Assembly (NCBI GenBank): GCA_022749895.1
Contig: JAKIWS010000005.1
Location: 8,827 to 72,826, forward strand
Length of the DNA: 64,000 nucleotides
DNA from: Thermoplasmata archaeon
GTDB lineage: Archaea; Thermoplasmatota; Thermoplasmata; Lutacidiplasmatales; UBA184
Reading direction: 5' to 3'
Made by a program: the position numbers and the translations under genes. The notes beneath the pieces were generated by a model. It worked only from the letters and a program-made list of their open reading frames with translations. It ran no database searches and was not told the DNA's origin. This document shows positions 45,622-54,726 of this stretch, piece after piece (within the stretch, counting starts at the first letter, position 1; the number at the start of each line of letters is the position of its first letter).

Positions 45622-46896
45622 GTGGGGCGAGGCGGGCGCAGCCTCCACGGGCTCCTGCTGGAGGACGGCGTGCCCGACCGGGGCGCGCGCATCTATCTCG
45701 CCGCCTGCCGTGAAGGTCCGCTGACGGCCTCCGAATTGGCCCGGCGCGCGCAACTCAACCGGGTCGACGCCTACCGGTTCATCCGGCAGCTTGTCGCGAA
45801 CGGTCTCCTCCGGTCGACGAACGGTCGCCCCATGCGCTTTGCGCCGCTTCCCCCGGAGCAGTTCTTGGACCGGGTCCACCACAAAGCCGCCGAGAAGGTC
45901 GAAGAGCTCGAGGGTGAGCGCGAGCGGATCCTCCTCGGTTGGCGGGAAGCCCTCGTCTCCCCGGACGGCGCCGATGACCGGCGGTTCACGGTCCTCGAAG
46001 GCGCCGACGAGGCGTTCCGGTTCTTGAAGCGGAAGGTCGGCGCGGCCGAGAAGGAACTCCAGATGTGCGGCACCCGCGATTCCCTCGGCCGCGTGCTCGA
46101 TTTCGGTCTCGACCGGAGCCTCAAGGAGGCGCGCGCGCGCGGAGTGAAGCTCCGCCTCCTCGTCCACATCGAGGCCGACACCCTCCCCCTCGCGAAACAG
46201 TTCGAAAGTTTCGCCGAGATCCGTCACGCGCCCGTGCCGTTCGGCGTCCCGTCGCTCCAGATCGACCGGAACGGGCTCTTTGTGAACATCTCCGACCATT
46301 ACGCGAACGGAACGGCGGCGAAACCGCTCATCGGACTCTGGACGACCAGTCCGGAGCTGTTGCACAGCGGTCGCGAATTTTTCCGCCACGTCTGGTCGCG
46401 GTCGACCGACTACGCCGCGCGGCAGGTCGCCTTGGAGGCCCCGTCGGGCGCGACCCTGAACATCATCGCCGGGCACGAGGACGAAGGGATGTTCCGTCTC
46501 AAGGAGGTCGCCGAGCTCGGGATGCGGGCCGTCGGGATCGAGGAGCTCCGCCTCGACCTGGTCGGCTTGATCGACACCATCGGTCGTCAGCTCGGACGTG
46601 AAATCGGGGACCGGGTCACCGGCGAGACGCCGCCCGAGGTCGTCCGGGCGCTGACCGAGTACTATGCCTCCCACGCGATGGGCGCGGTCAGCGTGGTCAA
46701 GGACCGACCCCTCACGCTGCGCGTAACAGGATGCTTCGCCTCGCAATCCCCCTCCTCCGAGGTCGGCCGGTTGCTGTGTCCGGCGATCCTTGGAGCGGCC
46801 CTAGAGCGCCGATTGGGCTCGCGGTGGGCGGTATCGTCGAGCGATTTTGGGCGGGGTCGACGCGGCGGCTGTCTGTTCACAATCGTTCCGCCCTGA
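45622..46896 (+). CDS. TrmB-family transcriptional regulator with a C-terminal V4R-like domain.
   Basis: N-terminal wHTH (RIYLAACREGPLTASELARRAQLNRVDAYRFIRQLVANGLL) and the TrmB C-domain. The terminal Cys-containing region LLCPAILGAALERRLG resembles V4R. GTG start. Confidence 0.6.
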   Translation: MGRGGRSLHGLLLEDGVPDRGARIYLAACREGPLTASELARRAQLNRVDAYRFIRQLVANGLLRSTNGRPMRFAPLPPEQFLDRVHHKAAEKVEELEGERERILLGWREALVSPDGADDRRFTVLEGADEAFRFLKRKVGAAEKELQMCGTRDSLGRVLDFGLDRSLKEARARGVKLRLLVHIEADTLPLAKQFESFAEIRHAPVPFGVPSLQIDRNGLFVNISDHYANGTAAKPLIGLWTTSPELLHSGREFFRHVWSRSTDYAARQVALEAPSGATLNIIAGHEDEGMFRLKEVAELGMRAVGIEELRLDLVGLIDTIGRQLGREIGDRVTGETPPEVVRALTEYYASHAMGAVSVVKDRPLTLRVTGCFASQSPSSEVGRLLCPAILGAALERRLGSRWAVSSSDFGRGRRGGCLFTIVPP

Positions 46897-46958
46897 CCGG
46901 CGCCCGGCTGGCGCGGCTCCCTAGTTCGGGAAGTCGCACGGCGTTGACCTGGTCGGCA

Positions 46959-47420
46959 TCACGCCGGACGCGGAGCGGTCGGTGCAGGCCCGGTGACGTA
47001 CAGCAACGTCCCGCAGAGGACCATCGCCCCGAGGAATCCCATCTCCATCCCGAAAGAGAACGCGTTGTTCTGCGTGAAGGTGAAGGCAAAACCTTCCTGG
47101 ACCGCGAACACCACCGAGATGAGCGCGGCGATTGAGATCCATTTCAGTCGCGGCAGCCGGGTACGGAAACCGAAACGGGCCAGAGCCACGCCGCCGATCA
47201 CCAGGAGGAACGCGGTCACGATGTGGACCGTGAGGATCGGTGCGAGGACGAACACCGCACCGAACGAACCGGGGATCGGTAGCGCGACGTAGAGATTCAG
47301 GAACAGACCGGTCGCGTTCTGGACGACGAGCAGGAACAGGGCAATCCACGCGAACCGGCGCAAGGACTGTAGATCGCCGACAGCGGGGTCACGGGGCTCC
47401 GCCGCGGAGATGTCGACCAA
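46959..47420 (-). CDS. Integral membrane protein (hypothetical).
   Basis: Four predicted helices, for example FAWIALFLLVVQNATGLFLNLYVAL and FGAVFVLAPILTVHIVTAFLLVIGGVAL. Confidence 0.4.
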   Translation of the reverse strand: MVDISAAEPRDPAVGDLQSLRRFAWIALFLLVVQNATGLFLNLYVALPIPGSFGAVFVLAPILTVHIVTAFLLVIGGVALARFGFRTRLPRLKWISIAALISVVFAVQEGFAFTFTQNNAFSFGMEMGFLGAMVLCGTLLYVTGPAPTAPRPA

Positions 47421-47464
47421 GCCTCCGGCCGAGATTTCCTTCGTCGCCCTGCTCGACCCGTCCG

Positions 47465-47848
47465 TTACGACTTCGTCCGCCGTCGGGCAGAGTTCTCGGC
47501 CGCCCGAGCCCGCACGATCCGTCGCACAAGGTCGTCGGGCAGCGGCTTCTCCGGGGTGAAGTGCAGGGTACCCTTCCCGGACTCGTACGGCTTCAGTTCC
47601 GCGGAGAATTTCCGCCGGACCTGCGCGCTCGCCACGAAGAGGCTCGCGTGGTCGCTGAACGCCGCGTAGTAGACCAGCATTCCATGGTGCCGGAACGCCG
47701 GCATCTGGTAGCTGATGACCTCGACTGCATCCGGGGCCGCCCCCCGAATGGTCTTGCGAAGTCCACGAAGCGCCGCACGATACTTCGGGGGCAACCGGGC
47801 CAGGTACTCGTCCACCGTCTTCGGGTGCTTTTCCGTGCGCGCGGCCAC
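47465..47848 (-). CDS. DUF1801 (YdhG-like) domain protein.
   Basis: VDEYLARLPPKYRAALRGLRKTIRGAAPDAVEVISYQMPAFRHHGMLVYYAAFSDH. Confidence 0.55.
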   Translation of the reverse strand: MAARTEKHPKTVDEYLARLPPKYRAALRGLRKTIRGAAPDAVEVISYQMPAFRHHGMLVYYAAFSDHASLFVASAQVRRKFSAELKPYESGKGTLHFTPEKPLPDDLVRRIVRARAAENSARRRTKS

Positions 47849-48046
47849 GCGCCGCGACCGGAGCGGCCCTGATTAACAGTATCGATTCCGGCAGGGCCTT
47901 CGACGGAAGATCCTCCTCGAACAGCGTGGGTCGGGCGAGGTTCGAGGGGGAACCCTACCGGTCCGGGCCCTCGGGGGGATCTCTAGCAGAGAGCGAGGAG
48001 CCGGAACGCGCGGGTGGAATCCTCGCGCTCGCTCCGGGCGAAACCG

Positions 48047-48364
48047 TCACCGGGCGACGACGAGCTGCTCGTCGGTCAGGTGAATCCCCGCCTTCACCAG
48101 CGCCTTGAGCTGCGGGGAAGCGACCCGGTAGAGGACGCGGGCGCCGTCTCGGCGTTCCCGCACGAGGCCGGCCTTTCTGAGGATGGAGAGATGCTGACTC
48201 ATGTTGGGCTGCGACGATGGCTGGAGACGCTCACAGCCCCAGAGATCGCCGACGCTTTTTTCTCCCTCGAGCAAGCAACTGAGGATCACGACCCGACGGG
48301 GGTTGCTTAGGGCGGCGAAGACCTCCGCCAGCCGATGGGCCTGCCGCTCATCGTCCAGCGCCAC
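48047..48364 (-). CDS. arsR: ArsR/SmtB-family transcriptional regulator.
   Basis: LSNPRRVVILSCLLEGEKSVGDLWGCERLQPSSQPNMSQHLSILRKAGLVRERRDGARVLYRV. Confidence 0.75.
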   Translation of the reverse strand: MALDDERQAHRLAEVFAALSNPRRVVILSCLLEGEKSVGDLWGCERLQPSSQPNMSQHLSILRKAGLVRERRDGARVLYRVASPQLKALVKAGIHLTDEQLVVAR

Positions 48365-48388
48365 GAAGGGAGGAACGCACCGGGGGTA

Positions 48389-48414
48389 TTAATATATTTA
48401 CATATTCGAATATG
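48389..48414. promoter_or_regulatory. Divergent promoter/operator between arsR (-) and the SRPBCC/arsM-like genes (+): TATA-like box plus a perfect 14-bp palindrome.
   Basis: TTAATATATTTA at 48389-48400. CATATTCGAATATG at 48401-48414 is self-complementary. It sits in the only AT-rich 60 bp for kilobases. The TATA lies about 26 bp upstream of the ATG at 48426, so the mRNA is probably leaderless. Confidence 0.5.
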
Positions 48415-48425
48415 CGAAGATTATT

Positions 48426-49046
48426 ATGTATGGACTCCTTCCCCCGTCCGTGAACGAATCACCGTTGCCGAAGCGGGTGGAGAGTTCGATCGTTGTGAAC
48501 GCACGTCCGGAGCGGGTCTTTCCGCTCCTCGAGAATCCGTACTCGCTTCCGAACTGGATTACGTACCTTCGTCAGGTTGAGTGGGCCCGCGGCTCGGGCC
48601 TGGGCTCCCTGGACGGCTGCCACCTCCGGATCGCCGGGATCAAATTCCACGCGACGGCGCGCGTTCACGCCTTCGAAAAGAACGTCCAGATCGGGCGGAC
48701 GAACGTGGAGGGGATGAAGATGCGGTCCGAATTCCACCTCGTGCCCGATGGCTCCCGCACGATCGTGACATGGGCGGTCTCCTACGAGCCTCCCTTAGGG
48801 CAGCTCGGCTTCCTCCTAGATGCGATGATGTTCCACCGGGTCATCAGGAAGGGAGTCGCGGCATCCCTCCACGAGTTGAAGCGCGTCGCCGAGGCGGGCC
48901 ACGGGCGCTTCTGGACTCCATCGCGGGGGCACGCAGGCGCCACGATAGGGGAGAGGGACCCAACGGTTCACGGGTACGCCGACGTCCGGGGGAACCGCTC
49001 TCGTTCCGACCACCCCGGTCGCATGGAGGTCTCGTTCCGCGCATGA
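48426..49046 (+). CDS. SRPBCC-superfamily protein (polyketide cyclase / AHSA1-like ligand-binding fold).
   Basis: The layout IVVNARPERVFPLLENPYSLPNWITYLRQVEW...GSRTIVTWAVSYEPP fits the SRPBCC pattern. Its stop overlaps the next start in ATGA. Confidence 0.55.
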   Translation: MYGLLPPSVNESPLPKRVESSIVVNARPERVFPLLENPYSLPNWITYLRQVEWARGSGLGSLDGCHLRIAGIKFHATARVHAFEKNVQIGRTNVEGMKMRSEFHLVPDGSRTIVTWAVSYEPPLGQLGFLLDAMMFHRVIRKGVAASLHELKRVAEAGHGRFWTPSRGHAGATIGERDPTVHGYADVRGNRSRSDHPGRMEVSFRA

Positions 49047-49828
49047 CGAGCCAGAAAATGTCCCCCGTGGACCCCACGGAACTTCGGGCGAAGGTCAAGA
49101 CGATGTACCGGCAGGTTGCCCTCAACCCGAAAGGGAAGTTCCACTTCGAGCTCGGGAAGTCGCTGGCGCTTCGACTCGGCTATCCCGCGGCCGCCCTTAA
49201 AAAGGTGCCCGCCGATGCCGTCGACTGATTCGCGGGGGTTGGCTACCACTTCGGCCTGGCCGCCTTGAATCCCGGGGAGAAGGTCGCGGATCTGGGGAGC
49301 GGGTCCGGTATGGACTGTTTCGTCGCCGCCCACCAGGTCGGCGCCCAAGGCCGCGTCGTCGGCGTGGATATGACGGACCCGCAGCGGACCAAGGCGGAGC
49401 GGCTCGCCTCCAGCGCCGGGTTCCGCCACGTTTCGTTCCTCAAGGGCTACATCGAGAACGTGCCGGCCCCCGACGGGGGGTTCGACGTGGTGATGTCGAA
49501 CGGTGTGATCAATCTCTCCCCCGAGAAAGGTCAGGTATTTCGGGAAGCGGCGCGACTCCTACGCCCAGGCGGTCGGCTCGCGATCTCCGATATCATCACC
49601 GAGAAACCGCTCACCCAGGCGATCGTCTGCGACGTAACGCTCTGGGCGTCGTGCATCGGGGGAGCCGCCCAGCGGCAGACGTTCCACCACGAAATCGAAT
49701 CGGCGGGGCTTAGGATCCTGAGCGTGAAGGAAAACCCCGAGTACAACTTCCTCTCGGAATCCGCCCAGTGGGCGACCGGCGAATTCGGTGTCAAGAGTGT
49801 CTCGATCCTGGCCACCAAGCCGTCGTAG
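49043..49828 (+). pseudogene. arsM: Arsenite/SAM-dependent methyltransferase (ArsM-like) interrupted by an in-frame TGA at 49226-49228.
   Basis: The N-terminal part (MYRQVALNPKGKFHFELGKSLALRLGYPAAALKKVPADAVD) and the C-terminal part (FAGVGYHFGLAALNPGEKVADLGSGSGMDCF...VVGVDMTD...GGRLAISD) are in the same frame. A single TGA separates them. The two parts together align colinearly with ArsM. Confidence 0.5.
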
Positions 49829-50038
49829 TTGGCATCGGCCGTCGCTGCCGCGCCTCGACCGTGCCGCGGCCCGGTTGTGGCGAGCGCCGGGACGCGCGAT
49901 CCCTCCCTTCCGACACGACCCTATCCTCGATTGCCCGGCGAGGGTGCCCCCGGCGCGCCAGCAGAGCTTTTTCGATTCGAGGAGCGATCGGGTTCCGGTC
50001 CGGAGCGTCCCGAGTCCGAGGATCAATCCTTGACGGTG

Positions 50039-50923
50039 ATGAGCCGACGCAAGCATTGGGAATCCATCTATCGGACCAAAGGCGAGGGTGAACTGAGCTG
50101 GCATCAGGACGACCCCACCCTTTCCCTTCGCCTGATTCGAGACGTCGTGGGCGATGACGATCGGGTGATTGACGTCGGCGGAGGGACCTCGACCCTTGGC
50201 GCTCGACTCGCCGACGACGGCCGACGGAAGGTGGTCGTGGTCGACCTCGCCAACGCGGCGATCCAACGAAGCCGGAAGCGTTCGGGTCCTGGGAACCATC
50301 CGGTCCGTTGGATGCGGGCGGACATCACCGACGTTCCCCGGTTGGGCCGATTCGACGTTTGGCACGATCGGGCCGTCTTTCACTTTCTCACCAACCCAGG
50401 TGACCGGCGAGCCTACGTGGAACTGGCCCGACGGACGATTCCCGTCGGCGGCCATGTCATCCTTGCGACGTTTGCCCTGGACGGGCCCGAAACCTGCAGC
50501 GGCCTCGACGTTCGACGCTACGATGGTCGGCGGTTGGAATCGGAATTCGCGCCTGGATTCCTTCTAGTTCGGGAGGTCCGGGAGGTCCATCGCACGCCCT
50601 GGGGCGTTCGTCAGCCGTTCACCTACGTCGTCCTCCGGCGAGTGCGAAATCGGGCGCGCCCGACGTCCCCGGCCCAGCGAGCGGACGGTGGATCGGGTTC
50701 GCGACGTTCCGGTCCGCGGCTCGCCGCGCGGCCTCTGCCTCCGCGGAGGCAACGCGTGCGACCCGTCGCTCGCGCTGCCCGCCATTCTCTGCGAGGCGGC
50801 CCCCCAGCTCACGAAAAATCCGAAACCGCTAGGCCCGGCTCGAGTTCCGTGCCCGTGGCGCGGTCCCGGCGACCGCCCGGGCCGGTGCCGAGCCGTTCCA
50901 GCATCCCTCCCTCGGGCATTTGA
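50039..50923 (+). CDS. Class I SAM-dependent methyltransferase (small-molecule MTase). The C-terminal approximately 90 aa are low-complexity and may not be coding.
   Basis: HWESIYRTKGEGELSW and VIDVGGGTSTLGARLADDG with DLANAAI and a WMRADITD-like motif II. Confidence 0.5.
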   Translation: MSRRKHWESIYRTKGEGELSWHQDDPTLSLRLIRDVVGDDDRVIDVGGGTSTLGARLADDGRRKVVVVDLANAAIQRSRKRSGPGNHPVRWMRADITDVPRLGRFDVWHDRAVFHFLTNPGDRRAYVELARRTIPVGGHVILATFALDGPETCSGLDVRRYDGRRLESEFAPGFLLVREVREVHRTPWGVRQPFTYVVLRRVRNRARPTSPAQRADGGSGSRRSGPRLAARPLPPRRQRVRPVARAARHSLRGGPPAHEKSETARPGSSSVPVARSRRPPGPVPSRSSIPPSGI

Positions 50924-51789
50924 GCAGTGGACCCTCTCACGTGCTGATGAGAGATCCGCTCGTCTCGAAGAACCTGGATGTCGCCGGCGGCAAGATCGCC
51001 TACGATGAGGGGGGACGGGGTCGCTCAATCGTACTCTTGCACGAGGGAATCGCGGATCGACGCATGTGGAATCGAGAGTTCCCGCTCCTCGCTCGGGACC
51101 ATCGCGTGGTGCGCTACGACCTGCGCGGGTTCGGGAACTCCGCGCCCGCGACTTCGGAGTACTCTCCCGTCCGAGATCTAGTCGCCCTGCTGGACCACCT
51201 GGGCTTGAAGCGGCCGCTGATCGTCGGGCCGAGCATGGGAGGGAAGATCGCCCTCGACCTGACGCTCGCCTACCCCGAGAGGGTCGGTGCCCTCCTGCTC
51301 ATCGCTCCGGGGTACTCGGGCATGGATTACGACCAGGTCCCTGGAGGGAAGGCCACGTTCGAGCGCGACGAGACGCTCTCCAAGGCGGCGAGCGACGCGT
51401 GGGGGGCTGGAAAGCTCGAGGAGGCCACCGAGTACCTGAGGCAGCTCTGGGCTTCTTCGCTCACAGGAAACGCGTTGGACCTCTTCCGAACGATGGTCCG
51501 GGATAACGCGAAGGAAGTCTTCGAGGAGCGTTCCGGCCGGTACGAAACGAGGGAAGGGGGGCCCGCCGCGGCTCGGCTGAACGAGATCCACCTCCCGACA
51601 CGGATCCTCGTCGGCGACCAGGACAACCCCGCGATGCCACACTGCGCGAACTTCCTCGCGCGAGGGATCGCGGGCGCCAGCGTTCAGCTCGTCCCGGGAG
51701 CGGACCACCTCCTGAACCTCTCCCGGCCGGAAGCCTTCGACGCGGCCCTCCGAGGGTTCGTCGCGAGTCTTCCAAACGCTCCCGGATAG
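50920..51789 (+). CDS. Alpha/beta-hydrolase fold protein.
   Basis: HEGIADRRMW HG-type oxyanion region. Nucleophile elbow GPSMGG. C-terminal PGADHLLNLSRPEAF carrying the His. Confidence 0.7.
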   Translation: MSSGPSHVLMRDPLVSKNLDVAGGKIAYDEGGRGRSIVLLHEGIADRRMWNREFPLLARDHRVVRYDLRGFGNSAPATSEYSPVRDLVALLDHLGLKRPLIVGPSMGGKIALDLTLAYPERVGALLLIAPGYSGMDYDQVPGGKATFERDETLSKAASDAWGAGKLEEATEYLRQLWASSLTGNALDLFRTMVRDNAKEVFEERSGRYETREGGPAAARLNEIHLPTRILVGDQDNPAMPHCANFLARGIAGASVQLVPGADHLLNLSRPEAFDAALRGFVASLPNAPG

Positions 51790-51806
51790 GCGAGGAAGAA
51801 TTCTAG

Positions 51807-52493
51807 ATGGTCGGGGTCTCGAGGGCGTCGTCCAGCCCCGCGAAGGTTCTTCCGGCACATGCCCTAGGGCGCGCTCGTCCGGGGGCCGCGCCGTCGTTCA
51901 CGTCAAGATCTCTCTCCCCGGAGACGTGGCCGGCGTTTGCCCGTCTCGTCGAAAAGCACAACGGAATCTTCGGCGGGTGCTGGTGCATCTCCTTTCATCT
52001 CGAGCCGGGCGAAGAGAAGAGGGGGGCGGCCGCCTACCGCGTCATGAAAGAGGCGCGCGTACGGGAGGGGCGGGCGCACGCCGCGCTCGTCTTCGACGGC
52101 CCGAATGCCGTCGGATGGTGCCAGTTCGGCCCTACCGCAGAACTCCCGAACATCCGTAGCCGGAAGACCTACGAAGAGGGGCTTCGGGAGCTGCCCGATT
52201 GGCGCATCACCTGCTTCTTCATCGACCGGCAACGCAGAGGAGAAGGGGTGGCGAGATACGCCCTGGGCGAGGCCCTCCGAGAGATCGCCCGACTCGGAGG
52301 CGGAACGGTGGAGGCCTACCCTGAAGACGTTGCCGGCCGGAAGGTCTCCCGCTCGTTCCTGTGCAGCGGTACGCTCGGGATGTTCGAGAAGGCGGGATTC
52401 GAGAAGACTCGCAAGATCGCGATGCATCGGTGGGTCGTGGCTCAGAAGATTCCGCCGAAGAGGGCGAAGCGTTCCCTGAACCCACGCCAGTAG
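51807..52493 (+). CDS. GNAT-like acetyltransferase family protein.
   Basis: GCWCISFHLEPGE...ALVFDGPNAVGWCQFGP and a C-terminal FEKAGFEK typical of acyl-CoA N-acyltransferase folds. The start is uncertain. Confidence 0.45.
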   Translation: MVGVSRASSSPAKVLPAHALGRARPGAAPSFTSRSLSPETWPAFARLVEKHNGIFGGCWCISFHLEPGEEKRGAAAYRVMKEARVREGRAHAALVFDGPNAVGWCQFGPTAELPNIRSRKTYEEGLRELPDWRITCFFIDRQRRGEGVARYALGEALREIARLGGGTVEAYPEDVAGRKVSRSFLCSGTLGMFEKAGFEKTRKIAMHRWVVAQKIPPKRAKRSLNPRQ

Positions 52494-52569
52494 GTTGCAC
52501 CCACGGCTCGATCGACCTGAGGCGCCGGATCAGCGCCAATCCCGATGTCGTGCCCCATTTCCAGAGGGC

Positions 52570-52974
52570 TCAAGAGTCGAGAAATGCACCGATCTTCTCC
52601 AGCTCCGAATCCGGGCCGCTCACGGTAAGGAGCAGTCCGGTTTCTCCGCTCGTGACGGTCCAGCTGAGGTGCGAACAGCAGACGTTCTCGAGATCGACCA
52701 GCTCGGCCAGCTCCTTGCGCACCGACACATCTCCCCGAAAACGAATCCTCAGATTTCCGGGTTCCCGATCGTGCCCGAACGCACCCTTCTCCAGCAGCTG
52801 ACTCCATTGCCCCAGTCGGTCCCGAAGCTCGTCCTGGTCCAGGGAACACCGCTGCGGGCCTGACTCCGCCGATCCTCTCGGGAAAGCCGCTGGGTCGGCC
52901 CCTCGCTCGACCTTCGATCCGCCCGCCGATGCTGACCGACTCGACCCGCAACACTCGCACTCCACTTCCTTCAC
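52570..52974 (-). CDS. Cys-rich hypothetical protein (N-terminal CECC cluster, internal VCCSH).
   Basis: A 134-aa ORF transcribed divergently from the HxlR-like regulator. No family recognised. It could be a shadow ORF. Confidence 0.3.
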   Translation of the reverse strand: MKEVECECCGSSRSASAGGSKVERGADPAAFPRGSAESGPQRCSLDQDELRDRLGQWSQLLEKGAFGHDREPGNLRIRFRGDVSVRKELAELVDLENVCCSHLSWTVTSGETGLLLTVSGPDSELEKIGAFLDS

Positions 52975-53029
52975 TTCCGATTCGCTTCAATATCTGAAGC
53001 GATATAAGGGACTGCTACTTCCGCGCATA

Positions 53030-53389
53030 GTGACGGAGTGCTGCTCGGGTCCTCTCGCCTGCCCGTGTCCCCCCGTGGGGCTGGTCGACGTGGTCGGAAA
53101 GAAATGGGGCATCTGTGTCGTGACGCTCATAGGCCATCACCGACAGCTTCGGTTCGGACCGATCCAACGTTCGCTCCCCCGCGTCAGCCCTGCGACCCTC
53201 TCCGCTACGCTCCGGTCACTCGAACAACGGGAGATCGTTTGCAAGGTGCCGATCTCCGGCGACGGCCGCGCGTCGGCCGCCTACACGCTCACCGAATCCG
53301 GGAGCGAGCTGTATCGGAGCATGTTACCCATGGCCAAGTGGTTGCGACGGAACCACAATCTCGAGATTCACTCCAAAGGCCGTTCGTGA
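53030..53389 (+). CDS. HxlR-family winged-helix transcriptional regulator with an unusual N-terminal Cys cluster.
   Basis: MTECCSGPLACPCPP, then VVGKKWGICVVTLI...RFGPIQRSLPRVSPATLSATLRSLEQREIVCKV...AAYTLTESGSEL. This is the HxlR W-x-I/V and LT-x-x-G pattern. Confidence 0.6.
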   Translation: MTECCSGPLACPCPPVGLVDVVGKKWGICVVTLIGHHRQLRFGPIQRSLPRVSPATLSATLRSLEQREIVCKVPISGDGRASAAYTLTESGSELYRSMLPMAKWLRRNHNLEIHSKGRS

Positions 53390-53560
53390 GCTGGGCGACC
53401 TGGGCCCCTTCGCCATTGCCTCCCCGTCTACGCCTTGGACGCTCCCTGAGAATTCTCATGTGCCCGGCATGACCCTCTCGGACTCCCTTCTCTGCCCCGT
53501 GCTATTCTTCGTCATGGTGTAGCACATGTAAGAACAAAGCCGACAGGATTGAGACCAACG

Positions 53561-53571
53561 TATTTATATTA
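53561..53571 (+). promoter_or_regulatory. TATA box of tfb (leaderless arrangement).
   Basis: TATTTATATTA is centred about 33 bp upstream of the tfb ATG at 53599, within a locally AT-rich patch. Confidence 0.5.
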
Positions 53572-53598
53572 GCCTCGCGTAGCCCGAGCTGGTTCACT

Positions 53599-54678
53599 AT
53601 GAGCTCATCTAGCCGTTCCTCCTCACGCCATCGCGCCTCCTCGCCCGCGGTCGGGGCCACCGTTACCGCCGTCCCCGCCCCCCCATCGGGCGATGTCTGC
53701 CCGGAGTGCGGGTCCACACATCTCACCCGCGACGAGATCCGTGGCGAGATCGTCTGCGCCGACTGTGGGCTCGTGGTCGACGCGAGCGCCCTCGTCAGCG
53801 ATCGGGGCCAGCGGGGGAGCAAGGACGATACCGGCCGGGAAGCCCGCGGCTGGGGTCCGGTCATCTCCCCTCTCATGCCCGACAAGGGCCTGTTCAGCGA
53901 GATCGGGGTCCCGACGAGGGACTTCCAGGGCAACAGCCTCTCGCGCAACACCTCGCTCAAGTTCTACCACCTGCGGAAGCTCAACCACCGGCTGCGCGCG
54001 GCCCGAACGCACCAGCGCAACCTGGTCGTTGCCCTCGGCGAGCTCAACCGGCTGGCCGGCGTACTCGGCCTCTCCCGAGAGGTCAAGGAGTCGGCGACCT
54101 ACATCTACCGCCGCGCGCTCGAGCACAAGGCAACCCGCGGCAAGAAGATCGTCGCACTCGTCGCCGCGAGCGTCTACGCGGCGTGCCGGCAGTGCCACGT
54201 CCCGCGGACGATGAAGGAGATCATCGCCCACTCGAAGGCGACCAAGATCGAGGTCGGCCGGGCGTACACCTTGCTCGCTCGCGAGCTCAAGCTCGGGCTC
54301 AAGCCCGTCGAGCCGAGGGACTACCTCGTCCGCTTCACGCAGGACCTGAACCTCTCGAAGGAGGTTCGGCACAAGGTACTCGGGCTCTTGGAGCAGGTCG
54401 AACAGGTCTACTCCACGAGCGGGGTGCTTCCGAACGGCATCCTCGCGACGATCATCTACATCGCCTCCAACCTGATGGGCGAACCCCGCAGCCAGGACCG
54501 GATCGCGGCGGTGGCGAACGTCACGCCGGTGACGATCCGGAACCACTACAAGGAGCTCCTCGACCTCCTCGGTCTCCCGAAGAACCTGACCAACCCGCAG
54601 GCGAGAGGCACCCTGCCCCCGCTCCCCAAGCCGGGAGCGAAGGTCGAGGAAACGGCGGCCGTCGCGGCGGGTCACTAG
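53599..54678 (+). CDS. tfb: Transcription initiation factor IIB (TFB).
   Basis: N-terminal Zn ribbon CPECGS...CADCG, a B-finger/linker, and two cyclin-fold repeats. Helix-turn-helix in GKKIVALVAASVYAACRQCHVPRTMKEI. A Ser-rich N-terminal extension. Confidence 0.9.
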   Translation: MSSSSRSSSRHRASSPAVGATVTAVPAPPSGDVCPECGSTHLTRDEIRGEIVCADCGLVVDASALVSDRGQRGSKDDTGREARGWGPVISPLMPDKGLFSEIGVPTRDFQGNSLSRNTSLKFYHLRKLNHRLRAARTHQRNLVVALGELNRLAGVLGLSREVKESATYIYRRALEHKATRGKKIVALVAASVYAACRQCHVPRTMKEIIAHSKATKIEVGRAYTLLARELKLGLKPVEPRDYLVRFTQDLNLSKEVRHKVLGLLEQVEQVYSTSGVLPNGILATIIYIASNLMGEPRSQDRIAAVANVTPVTIRNHYKELLDLLGLPKNLTNPQARGTLPPLPKPGAKVEETAAVAAGH

Positions 54679-54726
54679 GGTTCCTCCGGCCCCAAACCGC
54701 ATATCCCGCCGGCCGCTCGCTCGGCC

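Noticed and set aside
49226-49228. Selenocysteine decoding of the in-frame TGA in the arsM-like gene.
   Set aside because: The codon does not align with an ArsM Cys. No SECIS-like context or Sec machinery is evident in the window. Sec use is rare outside methanogens.
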